Shown piece by piece: positions 1 through 9,624 of a stretch of DNA of 64,000 nucleotides. Under the pieces are notes generated by a model. That model searched no databases and was not told the origin of the DNA. It was given only the letters and a program-made list of their open reading frames with translations. Both the position numbers and the translations under genes were made by a program. How positions within the stretch are numbered: the first letter of the stretch is position 1; each line of letters starts with the position of its first letter. The DNA comes from Alphaproteobacteria bacterium (lineage in GTDB: Bacteria; Pseudomonadota; Alphaproteobacteria; GM7ARS4; CBDIDI01), in assembly GCA_965277685.1 (NCBI GenBank), contig OZ255830.1, positions 1,553,650 through 1,617,649 on the forward strand, in the 5' to 3' direction.

Positions 1-2
1 CT

Positions 3-3000
3 CTCGATGAGCAGTTCACCTTTTCTCGTGGCTATGGTATAGAGAAAATCGTCTTTGATGACGGCACGACATGGGGCGCGGAGGAGCTGCTCGCACGTTA
101 TTGGCGGGATGTGCAGACATCGGCCGATGATACGATTTACGGCTTCAGAGGCATCGATGATACTCTGACATTTGGCGAGGAGGGGGGTGTTCTTGCCGGT
201 CTTAGCGGTTCGGACACCTATGTCTATCGTCATGGCACCGGTAGCGGCGGATTGATTCAAGAAGGTAACGCTCGCGGTGATACCGATACATTGCTGCTGC
301 ATGGGGTGACCCTGGATCAAGTGCGGGTGACGCGCGGTCGGGATCGGGACGACGCTATTCTGCATCTGCCCGGCGACGCATCGATCACTCTCGATGAGCA
401 GTTTTACGGAGATTATGAACAAGGAGTTGAGCGGATCGTCTTTGATGACGGCACGACATGGGGCGCGGAGGAGCTGCTCGCACGGTATTGGCGGGATGTG
501 CAGACATCGGCCGATGATACGATTTACGGCTTCAGAGACATCGATGATACTCTGACATTTGGCGAGGGAGGGGATGTTCTTGCCGGTCTTGGCGGTTCGG
601 ACACCTATGTCTATCGTCATGGCACCGGTAGCGGCGGATCGATTGAAGAAAGTTCTGCTCGCGGTGATACCGATACATTGCTGCTGCATGGGGTGGCCCT
701 GGATCAAGTGCGGGTGACGCGCGGTCGGGATCGCGATGACGCTATTCTGCATCTGCCCGGCGAAGCATCGATCATTATCGAAAATCAGTTGTACGAAGAT
801 TCTTATAAACACGGAGTTGAGCGGATCGTCTTTGACGATGGCACGACATGGGGCATGGAGGAATTGCGAGCACGGTATTGGCGGGATGTGCAGACATCGG
901 CCGATGATACGATTTACGGCTTCGGCAGCATCGATGATACTCTGACATTTGGCGAGGGAGGGGATGTTCTTGTCGGTCTTGGTGGTTCGGACACCTATGT
1001 CTATCGTCATGGCACCGGTAGCGGCGGATTGATTCGGGAAAGTTCTTCTGGCGATAGCACCGACACGCTGCGTCTGCATGAAGTAACGCCAGCGCAAGTA
1101 CGGGTGATGCGCAGTCGGGATCGCGATGACGCTATTCTGCATCTGCCCGGCGAAGCATCGATCATTATCGCCGATCAGTTTTACGTAAATTATAAACACG
1201 GGGTTGAACGGATCGTCTTTGATGACGGCACGGTGTGGGGCGCGGAGGAGCTGCTCGCGCGTTATTGGCGGGATGTGCAGACATCGGCCAAAGAGACGAT
1301 TTACGGCTTCTTCAACATCGATGATACTCTGACATTTGGCGAGGGAGGGGATGTTCTTGCCGGTCTTGCCGGTTCGGACACCTATGTCTATCGTCATGGC
1401 ACCGGTAATGGCGGATGGATTCAAGAAGATTTTGCTCGCGGTGATACCGACACGCTGCGCCTGCATGGGGTGAGCCTGGATCAAGTGCAGGTGACGCGCG
1501 GCCGGGATCGCGATGACGCTATTCTGCATCTGCCCGGCGACGCATCGATCATTATCGCCGATCAGTTTTACGGAAATTATAAACACGGAGTTGAGCAGAT
1601 CGTCTTTGATGACGGCACGGTGTGGAACACGCAGGATTTGCAGGATCGGATATCGATTGGCCGTCAGGGCGGTAACGGCATTATTCGCAGTAGCAGCGAG
1701 AATTCAGAAATTCTAAAAGGCGGTCGAGGCGATGGAGTCTATATCTGGCAGCGGGGTGACGGTAACGATTCCATCGAAGAAAAAGGGAGTCTCAGCGATA
1801 CCGATACCATTCGCCTTGCCGGTCTAAATCCCGATGATGTTATTTTTGCCCGTTCGACAAGCGAGACCGGCAATTTGCTTATCAAAATCAAAGAGGGCGG
1901 CGAGCTATTAACGGTCAAGGGACATTTTGACGGCGCAGCCACCGGTATCGAGAGAATCGTCTTTGCCGACGTCACGATATGGGATCGCGATGCGATTTCC
2001 CGGCATGCCTGGTATCGTGGCACCGATGGCGATGACGTGATTGATTCCAGTACGGGAACGGCCAGTTCGACCTATGAAGGCGGCAGGGGCAACGATACCT
2101 TGAAAGGCGGCGGCGGCAGCGACACCTACGTTTGGCGGCGTGGTGACGGCAATGACGTCATCGAGGAAGGTGGTAGTAGCAGAAGATGGGATACGGATGT
2201 TCTTCGCCTTGTCGGCCTGAACCCCGATGATGTTATTTTTGCCCGTTCGACAAGCGAGACCGGCAATTTGCTTATCAAAATCAAAGAGGGCGGCGAGCTA
2301 TTAACGGTCAAGGGACATTTCGACGGCAAAGCCACCGGTATCGAGAAAATCGTCTTTGCCGACGGCACGACATGGGATCGCGATACGATTTTCCGGCATG
2401 CCTGGTATCGTGGGACCGATGGCGATGACGTGATTGATTCCAGTACGGGAACGGCCAATTCGACCTATGAAGGCGGCAGGGGCAACGATACCTTGAAAGG
2501 CGGCGGCGGCAGCGACACCTATGTTTGGCGGCGTGGTGACGGCAATGACGTCATCGAGGAAGGTGGTAGTAGCAGAAGATGGGATACGGATGTTCTTCGC
2601 CTTGTCGGCTTGAACCCCGATGATGTTGCTTTTGCTCGTTCGATAGACAGGGCCGGCAATTTGTTCATCACGATCAAAGAAAGCGGCGAGGTATTAACGG
2701 TCAAGAGGCATTCTGAAGGCAAAGCCACCGGTATCGAGAAAATCGTCTTTGCCGACGGCACGACATGGGATCGCGATGCGATTTCCCGGCATGCCCGGTA
2801 TCGTGGCACCGATGAAAACGATATCTTCACCGGCACCGCTCTTAACGACAAAGTCGATGCGGGTGATGGGCATGACACGGTGCGCGGTGGCGATGGTGAT
2901 GACATCCTCAGGGGTGGCAGGGGTAATGATACGCTGGAAGGCGGCGCGGGTGATGACTGGCTTATTGGCGGCGCGGGCGATGACTGGCTTATTGGCGGCA

Positions 3001-3581
3001 CCGGCAGGGATAGCTTTGATGGGGGCGCAGGCAATGACACGGCCGATTTTAGTCATACATCCTTTACCGGCGGTGTTGATTTCAACTTGATCACCGGTCG
3101 GGTCCATTGGCATAATGATGATGCCACTGAGGAAACCATGACCGGGATCGAAAATGTCGTTGGCACCAATGGTGCGAATGTCTTCACCGGTGATGATAAC
3201 GATAATCACTTCAAGGGACGCGGTGGTGGCGATACCCTGAAGGGTGGCGCGGGCAGCGATCGCTTGGATGGGGGTGACGGGGCCGACCGTTTGGAAGGCG
3301 GCGGGGATGATGATACCCTGACAGGCGGGCTTGGTGACGACGTCTTCGTTTTTCAAGATGGCGACGGTCGGGACACGATCACCGACTTTGTGGCCGGTGC
3401 CGATTCGGACGATGTCATTGAGTTGCGGGGGATTGACGGCCTGTCATCCTTGCAGGATGTTTTGGCCAAGGCGACCGATGACGGCACCGACACGACCATC
3501 GCCATTGATGACGAGAACAGTATCACCCTGCAAAATATCCTCGTTTCCCAACTGCACGAGGACGATTTCCGCTTTGCTTAA
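3..3581 (+). CDS. Large RTX / hemolysin-type calcium-binding repeat protein (probable T1SS-secreted adhesin), 5'-truncated by the window edge
   Basis: Frame open from position 3 (LDEQFTFSRGYGIEKIVFDDGTTW...). Many GGxGxDxLx nonapeptides and repeated IExIVFxDGTxW motifs; C-terminus ends LHEDDFRFA, typical of T1SS substrates. Confidence 0.9.
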   Translation, partial: LDEQFTFSRGYGIEKIVFDDGTTWGAEELLARYWRDVQTSADDTIYGFRGIDDTLTFGEEGGVLAGLSGSDTYVYRHGTGSGGLIQEGNARGDTDTLLLHGVTLDQVRVTRGRDRDDAILHLPGDASITLDEQFYGDYEQGVERIVFDDGTTWGAEELLARYWRDVQTSADDTIYGFRDIDDTLTFGEGGDVLAGLGGSDTYVYRHGTGSGGSIEESSARGDTDTLLLHGVALDQVRVTRGRDRDDAILHLPGEASIIIENQLYEDSYKHGVERIVFDDGTTWGMEELRARYWRDVQTSADDTIYGFGSIDDTLTFGEGGDVLVGLGGSDTYVYRHGTGSGGLIRESSSGDSTDTLRLHEVTPAQVRVMRSRDRDDAILHLPGEASIIIADQFYVNYKHGVERIVFDDGTVWGAEELLARYWRDVQTSAKETIYGFFNIDDTLTFGEGGDVLAGLAGSDTYVYRHGTGNGGWIQEDFARGDTDTLRLHGVSLDQVQVTRGRDRDDAILHLPGDASIIIADQFYGNYKHGVEQIVFDDGTVWNTQDLQDRISIGRQGGNGIIRSSSENSEILKGGRGDGVYIWQRGDGNDSIEEKGSLSDTDTIRLAGLNPDDVIFARSTSETGNLLIKIKEGGELLTVKGHFDGAATGIERIVFADVTIWDRDAISRHAWYRGTDGDDVIDSSTGTASSTYEGGRGNDTLKGGGGSDTYVWRRGDGNDVIEEGGSSRRWDTDVLRLVGLNPDDVIFARSTSETGNLLIKIKEGGELLTVKGHFDGKATGIEKIVFADGTTWDRDTIFRHAWYRGTDGDDVIDSSTGTANSTYEGGRGNDTLKGGGGSDTYVWRRGDGNDVIEEGGSSRRWDTDVLRLVGLNPDDVAFARSIDRAGNLFITIKESGEVLTVKRHSEGKATGIEKIVFADGTTWDRDAISRHARYRGTDENDIFTGTALNDKVDAGDGHDTVRGGDGDDILRGGRGNDTLEGGAGDDWLIGGAGDDWLIGGTGRDSFDGGAGNDTADFSHTSFTGGVDFNLITGRVHWHNDDATEETMTGIENVVGTNGANVFTGDDNDNHFKGRGGGDTLKGGAGSDRLDGGDGADRLEGGGDDDTLTGGLGDDVFVFQDGDGRDTITDFVAGADSDDVIELRGIDGLSSLQDVLAKATDDGTDTTIAIDDENSITLQNILVSQLHEDDFRFA
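114..1630 (+). repeat. Intragenic tandem repeat type A, ~387-390 bp (129-130 aa), 4 copies plus the tail of an earlier copy
   Basis: CAGACATCGGCC recurs at 114, 501, 891 and 1278. Confidence 0.9.
1720..2815 (+). repeat. Intragenic tandem repeat type B, 393 bp (131 aa), ~2.8 copies
   Basis: CATGCC(T/C)GGTATCGTGG recurs at 2004, 2397 and 2790; copies are near-identical at DNA level. Confidence 0.88.
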
Positions 3582-3836
3582 GCGATGATCCGGCCACCTT
3601 GACTTGATGGCGGGATGTTTTCGTATACCGAATCCTTTCCCTTTCCCTGTCGGGGGGATTGTTTAACGGCGCGCGTTATGGATCGGTTTCCGTTTGTATG
3701 AAGGGGTGGGGCAGATGGTGAATCGGCCACCTTCGGAGTGTCCCCGGTGGGGTTGATGTGGGTTGCCAAGGCGGGTGTTTTTGTGGTCGCTTTTGCCGTT
3801 ATGGGCTTTTTAGGTGCGCATCTAGCTCAATGCGGA

Positions 3837-3858
3837 ATGCCCCATTATAATGGGGCAT
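3837..3858. promoter_or_regulatory. Perfect 22-bp palindrome ATGCCCCATTATAATGGGGCAT containing a TATAAT -10 box; candidate promoter/operator of the gpT gene
   Basis: Exact self-complementarity read from the sequence; TATAAT at 3846-3851; ends 42 nt before the ATG at 3901. Confidence 0.55.
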
Positions 3859-3900
3859 ATCAATTTTTTTTACCAACACAAGAAACAAAGGATTTTCCAA

Positions 3901-4773
3901 ATGATTATCAACAGTGAAAACATAGGCGTGCTCAATACCAATTTTTCGGCAAACTTCGATAAGAGTTTTGAAGAAGTCAAATCGGACTGGCCAAAGATTG
4001 CCACGCGGGCTTCGTCAAAAGTGACCGCAACCGCATATGGCTTGATGGACGCCTTTCCCAATATGCGCGAATGGCTTGGCGACCGACAGGTGGAAAACCT
4101 CAAGAAGTATACCCTGCGCGATGAAGTGTTTGAGTCGACGATCGCCGTCCAACGCGCAGACATCGAGAATGACCGGTATGACATGTATAATCCGGACTTT
4201 ATGGAACTTGGCCACAGTGCCGGGGTGCACCTGGATAAAGTGATATTTGCGTTTTTGAAAAACGGCTTTGATGCGAATTGCTACGATGGCGGGCCGTTCT
4301 TTTCCAACGTGCATGCGGTTGGCGATCGGATGGTATCGAACATGCACAATGGATCCAATCATGCGTGGTTTTTACTGGACACTAGCCATCTTCTTAAGCC
4401 GTTGGTGTTTCAAGAGTGGATGGTGCCGAAACTGTTCGCTAAGAACGATGCGAGGTCGGATAGCGTCCTTAGGCCCAAGGCGTATCGGTGGGGTGTGCGT
4501 AGCCAGTGCAGGGTCGGCTTTGCCTTTTGGCAGATGGCATTTGGTTCCAAAATGCCCTTAACCAAGGAGAACTTTCGCGCCGCGCGCAATGAGATGATGT
4601 CGCTCAAGAGCGATAAAGGACGCCCGCTGGACATTAAGCCGACGTTGTTGGTGGTATCAACGGCAAACGGCAATGTTGCCTGGAATTTAATCATGGTCGA
4701 GCGCGATGAAAACGGTGCGATCAACACCGATCATGGGGTGGTTGAGGTTCTTCGTGCGCCCTGGTTGCCCTGA
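3901..4773 (+). CDS. Mu-like prophage major head subunit gpT family protein (solitary)
   Basis: Motifs FPNMREWLGDR, FESTIAVQRADIEND, CYDGGPFF, WFLLDTSHLLKPLVFQE, GFAFWQMAFGSK and GRPLDIKPTLLVV match Mu gpT as recalled. ATG 3901 has AAGGA upstream (ORF track starts at 3850). Confidence 0.85.
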   Translation: MIINSENIGVLNTNFSANFDKSFEEVKSDWPKIATRASSKVTATAYGLMDAFPNMREWLGDRQVENLKKYTLRDEVFESTIAVQRADIENDRYDMYNPDFMELGHSAGVHLDKVIFAFLKNGFDANCYDGGPFFSNVHAVGDRMVSNMHNGSNHAWFLLDTSHLLKPLVFQEWMVPKLFAKNDARSDSVLRPKAYRWGVRSQCRVGFAFWQMAFGSKMPLTKENFRAARNEMMSLKSDKGRPLDIKPTLLVVSTANGNVAWNLIMVERDENGAINTDHGVVEVLRAPWLP

Positions 4774-4935
4774 TGATTGGCTCGATGAATTGGCCAACCG
4801 CTGCACAAACCGTTGCTTTTTACAGTTTAAAATAGAACCCAATTTGCCGGCCCACAAATAAGCAACCCTTGCATCGGAAGATAACCAATGGCGTTAGCGT
4901 AATGTTAAAACGGCAAAGTTCGTTGCGTTTAGGGA

Positions 4936-5247
4936 TTACTTGGAAACGAGTTTCATTCCTAATTTTGCCTCTATCTCTTCTCTCGGCCTTCCACAAGTTA
5001 AAAAATCTTTAAAGCGATAACCTTCCTCCAAAAGATAATTCAGATACATCCTGTTGTAAAAGAACGCCAAAACGATGGCGGAAACGCCAAGTGTAAACAT
5101 GCTAATAACCAACATGACGATTCCCATCATGATTTGCCCACGGATTAACGGTGGAAAAAAGTTGAAGAAGAATACAGTCCAAGAAAATCCAATCGGAGCA
5201 ATCTTCGTCACACCGTTATTTTCCATGATAATTTTTGAGTGAGCCAT
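4936..5247 (-). CDS. Small membrane protein, HrgC/DUF2628-like
   Basis: KIAPIGFSWTVFFFNFFPPLIRG...FYNRMYLNYLLEEGY signature; hydrophobic core; AT-rich compared with flanks. Confidence 0.65.
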   Translation of the reverse strand: MAHSKIIMENNGVTKIAPIGFSWTVFFFNFFPPLIRGQIMMGIVMLVISMFTLGVSAIVLAFFYNRMYLNYLLEEGYRFKDFLTCGRPREEIEAKLGMKLVSK

Positions 5248-5546
5248 TTTTTAACCTGCTAGTTTTCAATCTAAAAAACCCAAGGATACAAATACCACAC
5301 CTACCGTATAGCTTATATAGACCACGGTGATTTCTAATCCCGACTTTTTACCAATGGTCAGCTAGGTGTAACTTGGGTCAAAAGTTATTATCGTTTTTTG
5401 CCACAAAATACATTTCCTTACAACCGATTAATTTGCTCGGTTAGCATTTTGAACGGGTCATGGAGGCTTCTGCGCTCTCGTTTTTGTTCAAGCCACCCAT
5501 CAATCTTCGGCGTGTGGAAAAAATGTTCGCCCCTCAATAACAGGTG

Positions 5547-5652
5547 AAGACGCCAAGGCCCCATCAAAGACGCCAAGGCCCGATCAAAGACGCCAAGGCC
5601 CGATCAAAGACGCCAAGGCCCGATCAAAGGCGCCAAGGCCCCATCAAAGACG
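5547..5652. repeat. 20-bp tandem repeat AAGACGCCAAGGCCC(C/G)ATCA, ~5.3 copies, intergenic
   Basis: Read directly; period 20. Confidence 0.92.
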
Positions 5653-6062
5653 AAAGCTTGCGTGCGCCTGTTTTTTGATGGCAATGGCTGCAAGACCGGG
5701 GTTTGGCCACCACTCGCTACTTACCCTGCGAAGCCTGAAAAAATTTGAACCAGGCCAACTTTCACCCTATTCATTACAACCCTCTATGCTTATTCGTTGA
5801 GATCTTGTATAATCTTAATGCTATCATACGATGATATTGCATAGGGAAGAATATGATCACGTTGGTATATCTCATCGAAGGCCGTACAGCTACGTGCGTA
5901 AGAAAAGGCTCGATACCTTGAAGATTCTGCGCATTATATTCTTGTATGCTCTTGCTCTTCTCGTCCAACGGCAAGAAAATCGACGTGCTGCAACCGCAAC
6001 GCATCGCCTGAAAGATCGCTCCGGAGAAAACGTGGATTCGGTAGGGCAACACTCGGCGATTT

Positions 6063-8291
6063 TTGCAAGACATTGCGAACGCACTGAAAAAAACCGCACA
6101 TCCTCATGCCGCTTTCGCGCAGGAGAAGCAGAATCATGACGCGCTTGTCCGGGCAACGCAAGCAGCAGAGCCGCATTCCGATAAGCCCTTCGGCAGGAGA
6201 GAAGGGACAAGACCAACCGAGCAATCCACGGCCGTGACGCAGGGCTGGGTTCCAAAAGGCGAGATCGTTACGATCGCGAATCGCCGAATCGACGGAATGA
6301 TCTATGTCGGCCCGGCCCCTTTGCTTAACTCCCATGGGTACGATGAAGAGTGTCGGGCATATATCGATCCGTCACTGAGTGTTGCTTGGTTTAGAACGGA
6401 TCGCAGCGGTGACGACATGCCCTATTGGCCGGGGTATTCGAATATTTCTCCCGTATGTCGGGCCACTTACCTCGACTGGCTGGCAAATGGCAAATCGGAT
6501 GGATCCTACGATCCGGGATATCTGTTTTTATATTTCTACGGCCTTGAGCGCCGCTTCATTGCGGATCACCCGTCAAACGAAGAAAAACAGGAGATTCTGG
6601 AGGAAGTCCGACGTTTGAAGGACATTTATTCGGAAAATAGTTCCGTCCGGCGTCACCTGGGGGATTTTATAGAAATAGCACAAATATCACTCGGCGGGGT
6701 GTCTTTGCATGAGCCGGTTTTTGCCAGCCGCAATTGGGACTTGCCTCTTTCGGTCAAGATTGCCATTGGCGCAAAAATCGCCGATGGCAGTCCGCTGTCG
6801 TCGGACTGGCTGTTAAGCTGGTTTTTGTGCCACCCTGAATGTCGTTTGCGAACGGCGGCCACGCGCTGCGGCAGCGAGTTCAGAGAACTTTTGCGATTGC
6901 GCTTTGAAAAACGGTTTCCGCGAGGTTTGAAAATCTCTGCGCCGAAAAAGATTTTGGAGGATCTCTATTGCGCTGCATCAGGAGAATTTGAGGCCGAGAT
7001 CAATCCAAGGGTCAACGGCAAGCCCGTGCCGGACATCTCGGATCTGCATAAGCCGATAAAAATTGCCCAAGTGATGGCCGATGTGGTCATGGACGATCTT
7101 GACAAATTCAGCCGGTTCCTCGGGCGCAATCCCAATGGACGTGGCAGCATCGAAGCGCAAGCATTGCTACCGTCGGAACTTTGGAGTGTGTTTCCCAGTG
7201 AAGAATTGGAAAAGCTCAAGGACTGGGCCGAAAGCGTGGTCGAGAAAGGCGGGCTTGTCATCACTGCGAATGTCATAGCGCAGCTTGAGGGTGAGCGCCC
7301 GGAGAAGATCGAAAAGCAACAATTGACCGACGCTGCGGATGCTCTCGCGCGCATCGGTTTTGGCATGGCTCCGGATCCGCGCTTTGCCTTACGCGCACCC
7401 AAACTCGAAGAACCGGTGGTAATCTTCGCTCTGGGCGAAGCGGTCGAGCAATTAGAGGATGTTTCCGGTATTTATCGTAAAGCGCTTATGCAACTCGCCC
7501 TCGGCGCTTTCGTCGCACACGCGGATAATCTTATCTCCGAAGTCGAGAAAAAAGCGCTTCACACCCAGGTTTCAAAGATAGAAGGCATCACTGATTTGGA
7601 ACGCAAGCGTCTCTACGCTAATCTCGAATGGCTGTTCGCAGTGCCTCCCGATATGTCGCTTCTACGGCGCAAGCTGAAAAATATCGGAACACGGCAGCAA
7701 GCGGCGCTTCGCGCAGATGTCACGGCAATTGCCCATGCCGACAACGTCATACAGGTCGAAGAAGTTGCTAGAATAGAGAAGATCTACAAGGCTTTGGGAT
7801 TGGATGTTACCGAAGCCTACGCCGATTTGCACGAGGGAAGCGTCATGGACGATCCGGTGCATGTGAAGTCGGCCCAAAAAGGGGCACCGGGTGAATCCAT
7901 TCCGGCAGAAGCGCCTGTTGCATCGACCGAATTGAATCATGACAAAATTGCCGACATTCGTTCCGATACTAAGCGGGCCTCGTCGATTCTTAGTGCGATT
8001 TTTGCGGACGATGAGAACATGGAACTATCCGCATCGGCTTTTCCGGCATCCAGACTGAAAGGACTCGATATCAAGCACACCGACTTGGTGCGCGAAATCG
8101 TGGCGCAAAAACACTGGTCGGAGGCCGACTTTGCGGCATGGGCAAAAAAGCACGGGCTGATTCCGCTCGGCGCACTGGAGACGTTAAACGAATGGGCTTT
8201 TGAGCGCTATGACGATGCGCTGCTCGATGAAGACGGTGGCTACACAGTCGTGCAGGATATTTCCGAAAAACTGAAAACCGAATTAGGCTGA
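6063..8291 (+). CDS. sngA: TerB N-/C-terminal domain protein (Shango SngA-like); N-terminus possibly split by a frameshift
   Basis: MPYWPGYSNISPVCRATYLDWLANG and GYLFLYFYGLERR (TerB_N), AHADN (TerB-like), GALETLNEWAFERYDDALL (TerB_C); followed by a DUF2791 ATPase and a helicase. Confidence 0.8.
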   Translation: MQDIANALKKTAHPHAAFAQEKQNHDALVRATQAAEPHSDKPFGRREGTRPTEQSTAVTQGWVPKGEIVTIANRRIDGMIYVGPAPLLNSHGYDEECRAYIDPSLSVAWFRTDRSGDDMPYWPGYSNISPVCRATYLDWLANGKSDGSYDPGYLFLYFYGLERRFIADHPSNEEKQEILEEVRRLKDIYSENSSVRRHLGDFIEIAQISLGGVSLHEPVFASRNWDLPLSVKIAIGAKIADGSPLSSDWLLSWFLCHPECRLRTAATRCGSEFRELLRLRFEKRFPRGLKISAPKKILEDLYCAASGEFEAEINPRVNGKPVPDISDLHKPIKIAQVMADVVMDDLDKFSRFLGRNPNGRGSIEAQALLPSELWSVFPSEELEKLKDWAESVVEKGGLVITANVIAQLEGERPEKIEKQQLTDAADALARIGFGMAPDPRFALRAPKLEEPVVIFALGEAVEQLEDVSGIYRKALMQLALGAFVAHADNLISEVEKKALHTQVSKIEGITDLERKRLYANLEWLFAVPPDMSLLRRKLKNIGTRQQAALRADVTAIAHADNVIQVEEVARIEKIYKALGLDVTEAYADLHEGSVMDDPVHVKSAQKGAPGESIPAEAPVASTELNHDKIADIRSDTKRASSILSAIFADDENMELSASAFPASRLKGLDIKHTDLVREIVAQKHWSEADFAAWAKKHGLIPLGALETLNEWAFERYDDALLDEDGGYTVVQDISEKLKTELG

Positions 8292-8319
8292 AAAGCGAAT
8301 TAGAAAGAGGAGTGCAGTA

Positions 8320-9624
8320 ATGGCGCAATTGAAATCTCGGGAACGTAATACGATCATTCAAGCTTTGCGTGCCGGCGTCGTTCCGAAACTTGGCTTGCAA
8401 CATATTCAGGTCGGCCGCGATAAGGAAATCAAAGAGCTGGCTAAGGATATAGACCGTATCGCCGAAGGCGGATCGTCCATTCGGTTCATCATTGGAGATT
8501 ACGGGTCCGGCAAGACTTTTTTCATGAATCTGGTTCGATTGATCGCCTTGCAAAAAGGGCTTGTCGTGATGTTTGCCGACCTTGCCCCCGATCGGCGTAT
8601 TCATGCGACCGGTGGTCAGGCACGCGCGCTTTATGCCGAGATGTCCCGCAACCTCTCGACTCGCACCAAACCGGCCGGAGAGGCCCTTGTCAGCGTCGTC
8701 GAGCGCTTTGTCGGGCAAGCCCATCGCAGTGCGGAGGAGCAGGATATTGCGACGGAAACCGTCATTCGTGAACGCCTTGCCCATTTCGAGGAGCTAACGG
8801 GCGGCTTCGCGTTTGCCGAAGTCATACGTCGGTATTGGCAAGCCTACGAAACCGGTGATGAAGATCTGAAATCGTCGGCGATGCGCTGGCTGCGTGGAGA
8901 ATTCGCGACTCGTACGGATGCCCGCAAGGCTCTTGGTGTGCGCACGATCATCGATGATGCGAACGTCTACGATCATCTCAAATTGATGTCCGCCTTCGTC
9001 AGAAAAGCGGGATATAAAGGTCTTATTGTCGGATTGGACGAGATGGTGAATCTCTATAAGCTCAGCTCTTCGCAGGCACGCAAAGCCAATTATGAACAGA
9101 TCCTTCGCATTCTGAACGACGTTCTTCAAGGCAGTGCCAAGAACCTTGGTTTCCTGATGGGTGGAACACCCGAGTTTCTGATGAATACGCGTCGAGGCTT
9201 GTACAGTTACGAAGCGCTGCAATCCCGGTTGGCGGAAAACACATTCGCGCGCGACGGCTTGATCGATCTTTCCGGCCCGGTCATTCGCCTCGCCAATCTG
9301 ACTCGCGAGGAAATGTTCGTCCTTTTGTCAAATATTCGTACAGTGATGCAGGGCAGCGATGGTGCGTTGCCGGATTCCGCACTCGAAGCATTCATGTCCC
9401 ATTGCGCGAATCGTATCGGCGAAGCATATTTCCGCACGCCTCGCAACACGGTGACCGCCTTTGTCGATCTGCTCTCGGTTCTGGAGCAGAATCCGAATAC
9501 TCAGTGGTCGGACCTTATCAAAGATGTTGCGGTGACGGAAGATGAAGGCGACGACCTCAGCGATGTTGATGAAGATGTCGGACACCGACCCAAGGACGAT
9601 GATCTTGCCCGTTTCCGCTTGTGA
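8320..9624 (+). CDS. sngB: DUF2791/BrxD-like P-loop ATPase (Shango SngB-like)
   Basis: IIQALRAGVVPKLGLQHIQVGR start; Walker A GDYGSGKT; Walker B IVGLDE; GLYSYEALQSRL. Confidence 0.85.
   Translation: MAQLKSRERNTIIQALRAGVVPKLGLQHIQVGRDKEIKELAKDIDRIAEGGSSIRFIIGDYGSGKTFFMNLVRLIALQKGLVVMFADLAPDRRIHATGGQARALYAEMSRNLSTRTKPAGEALVSVVERFVGQAHRSAEEQDIATETVIRERLAHFEELTGGFAFAEVIRRYWQAYETGDEDLKSSAMRWLRGEFATRTDARKALGVRTIIDDANVYDHLKLMSAFVRKAGYKGLIVGLDEMVNLYKLSSSQARKANYEQILRILNDVLQGSAKNLGFLMGGTPEFLMNTRRGLYSYEALQSRLAENTFARDGLIDLSGPVIRLANLTREEMFVLLSNIRTVMQGSDGALPDSALEAFMSHCANRIGEAYFRTPRNTVTAFVDLLSVLEQNPNTQWSDLIKDVAVTEDEGDDLSDVDEDVGHRPKDDDLARFRL

Noticed and set aside
114-1630. Diversity-generating retroelement target
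   Set aside because: Differences between repeats are not restricted to adenines and include indels; no reverse transcriptase in the window.
3600-5500. Intact Mu-like prophage
   Set aside because: Only the head subunit gene is present; no other phage genes are recognisable.
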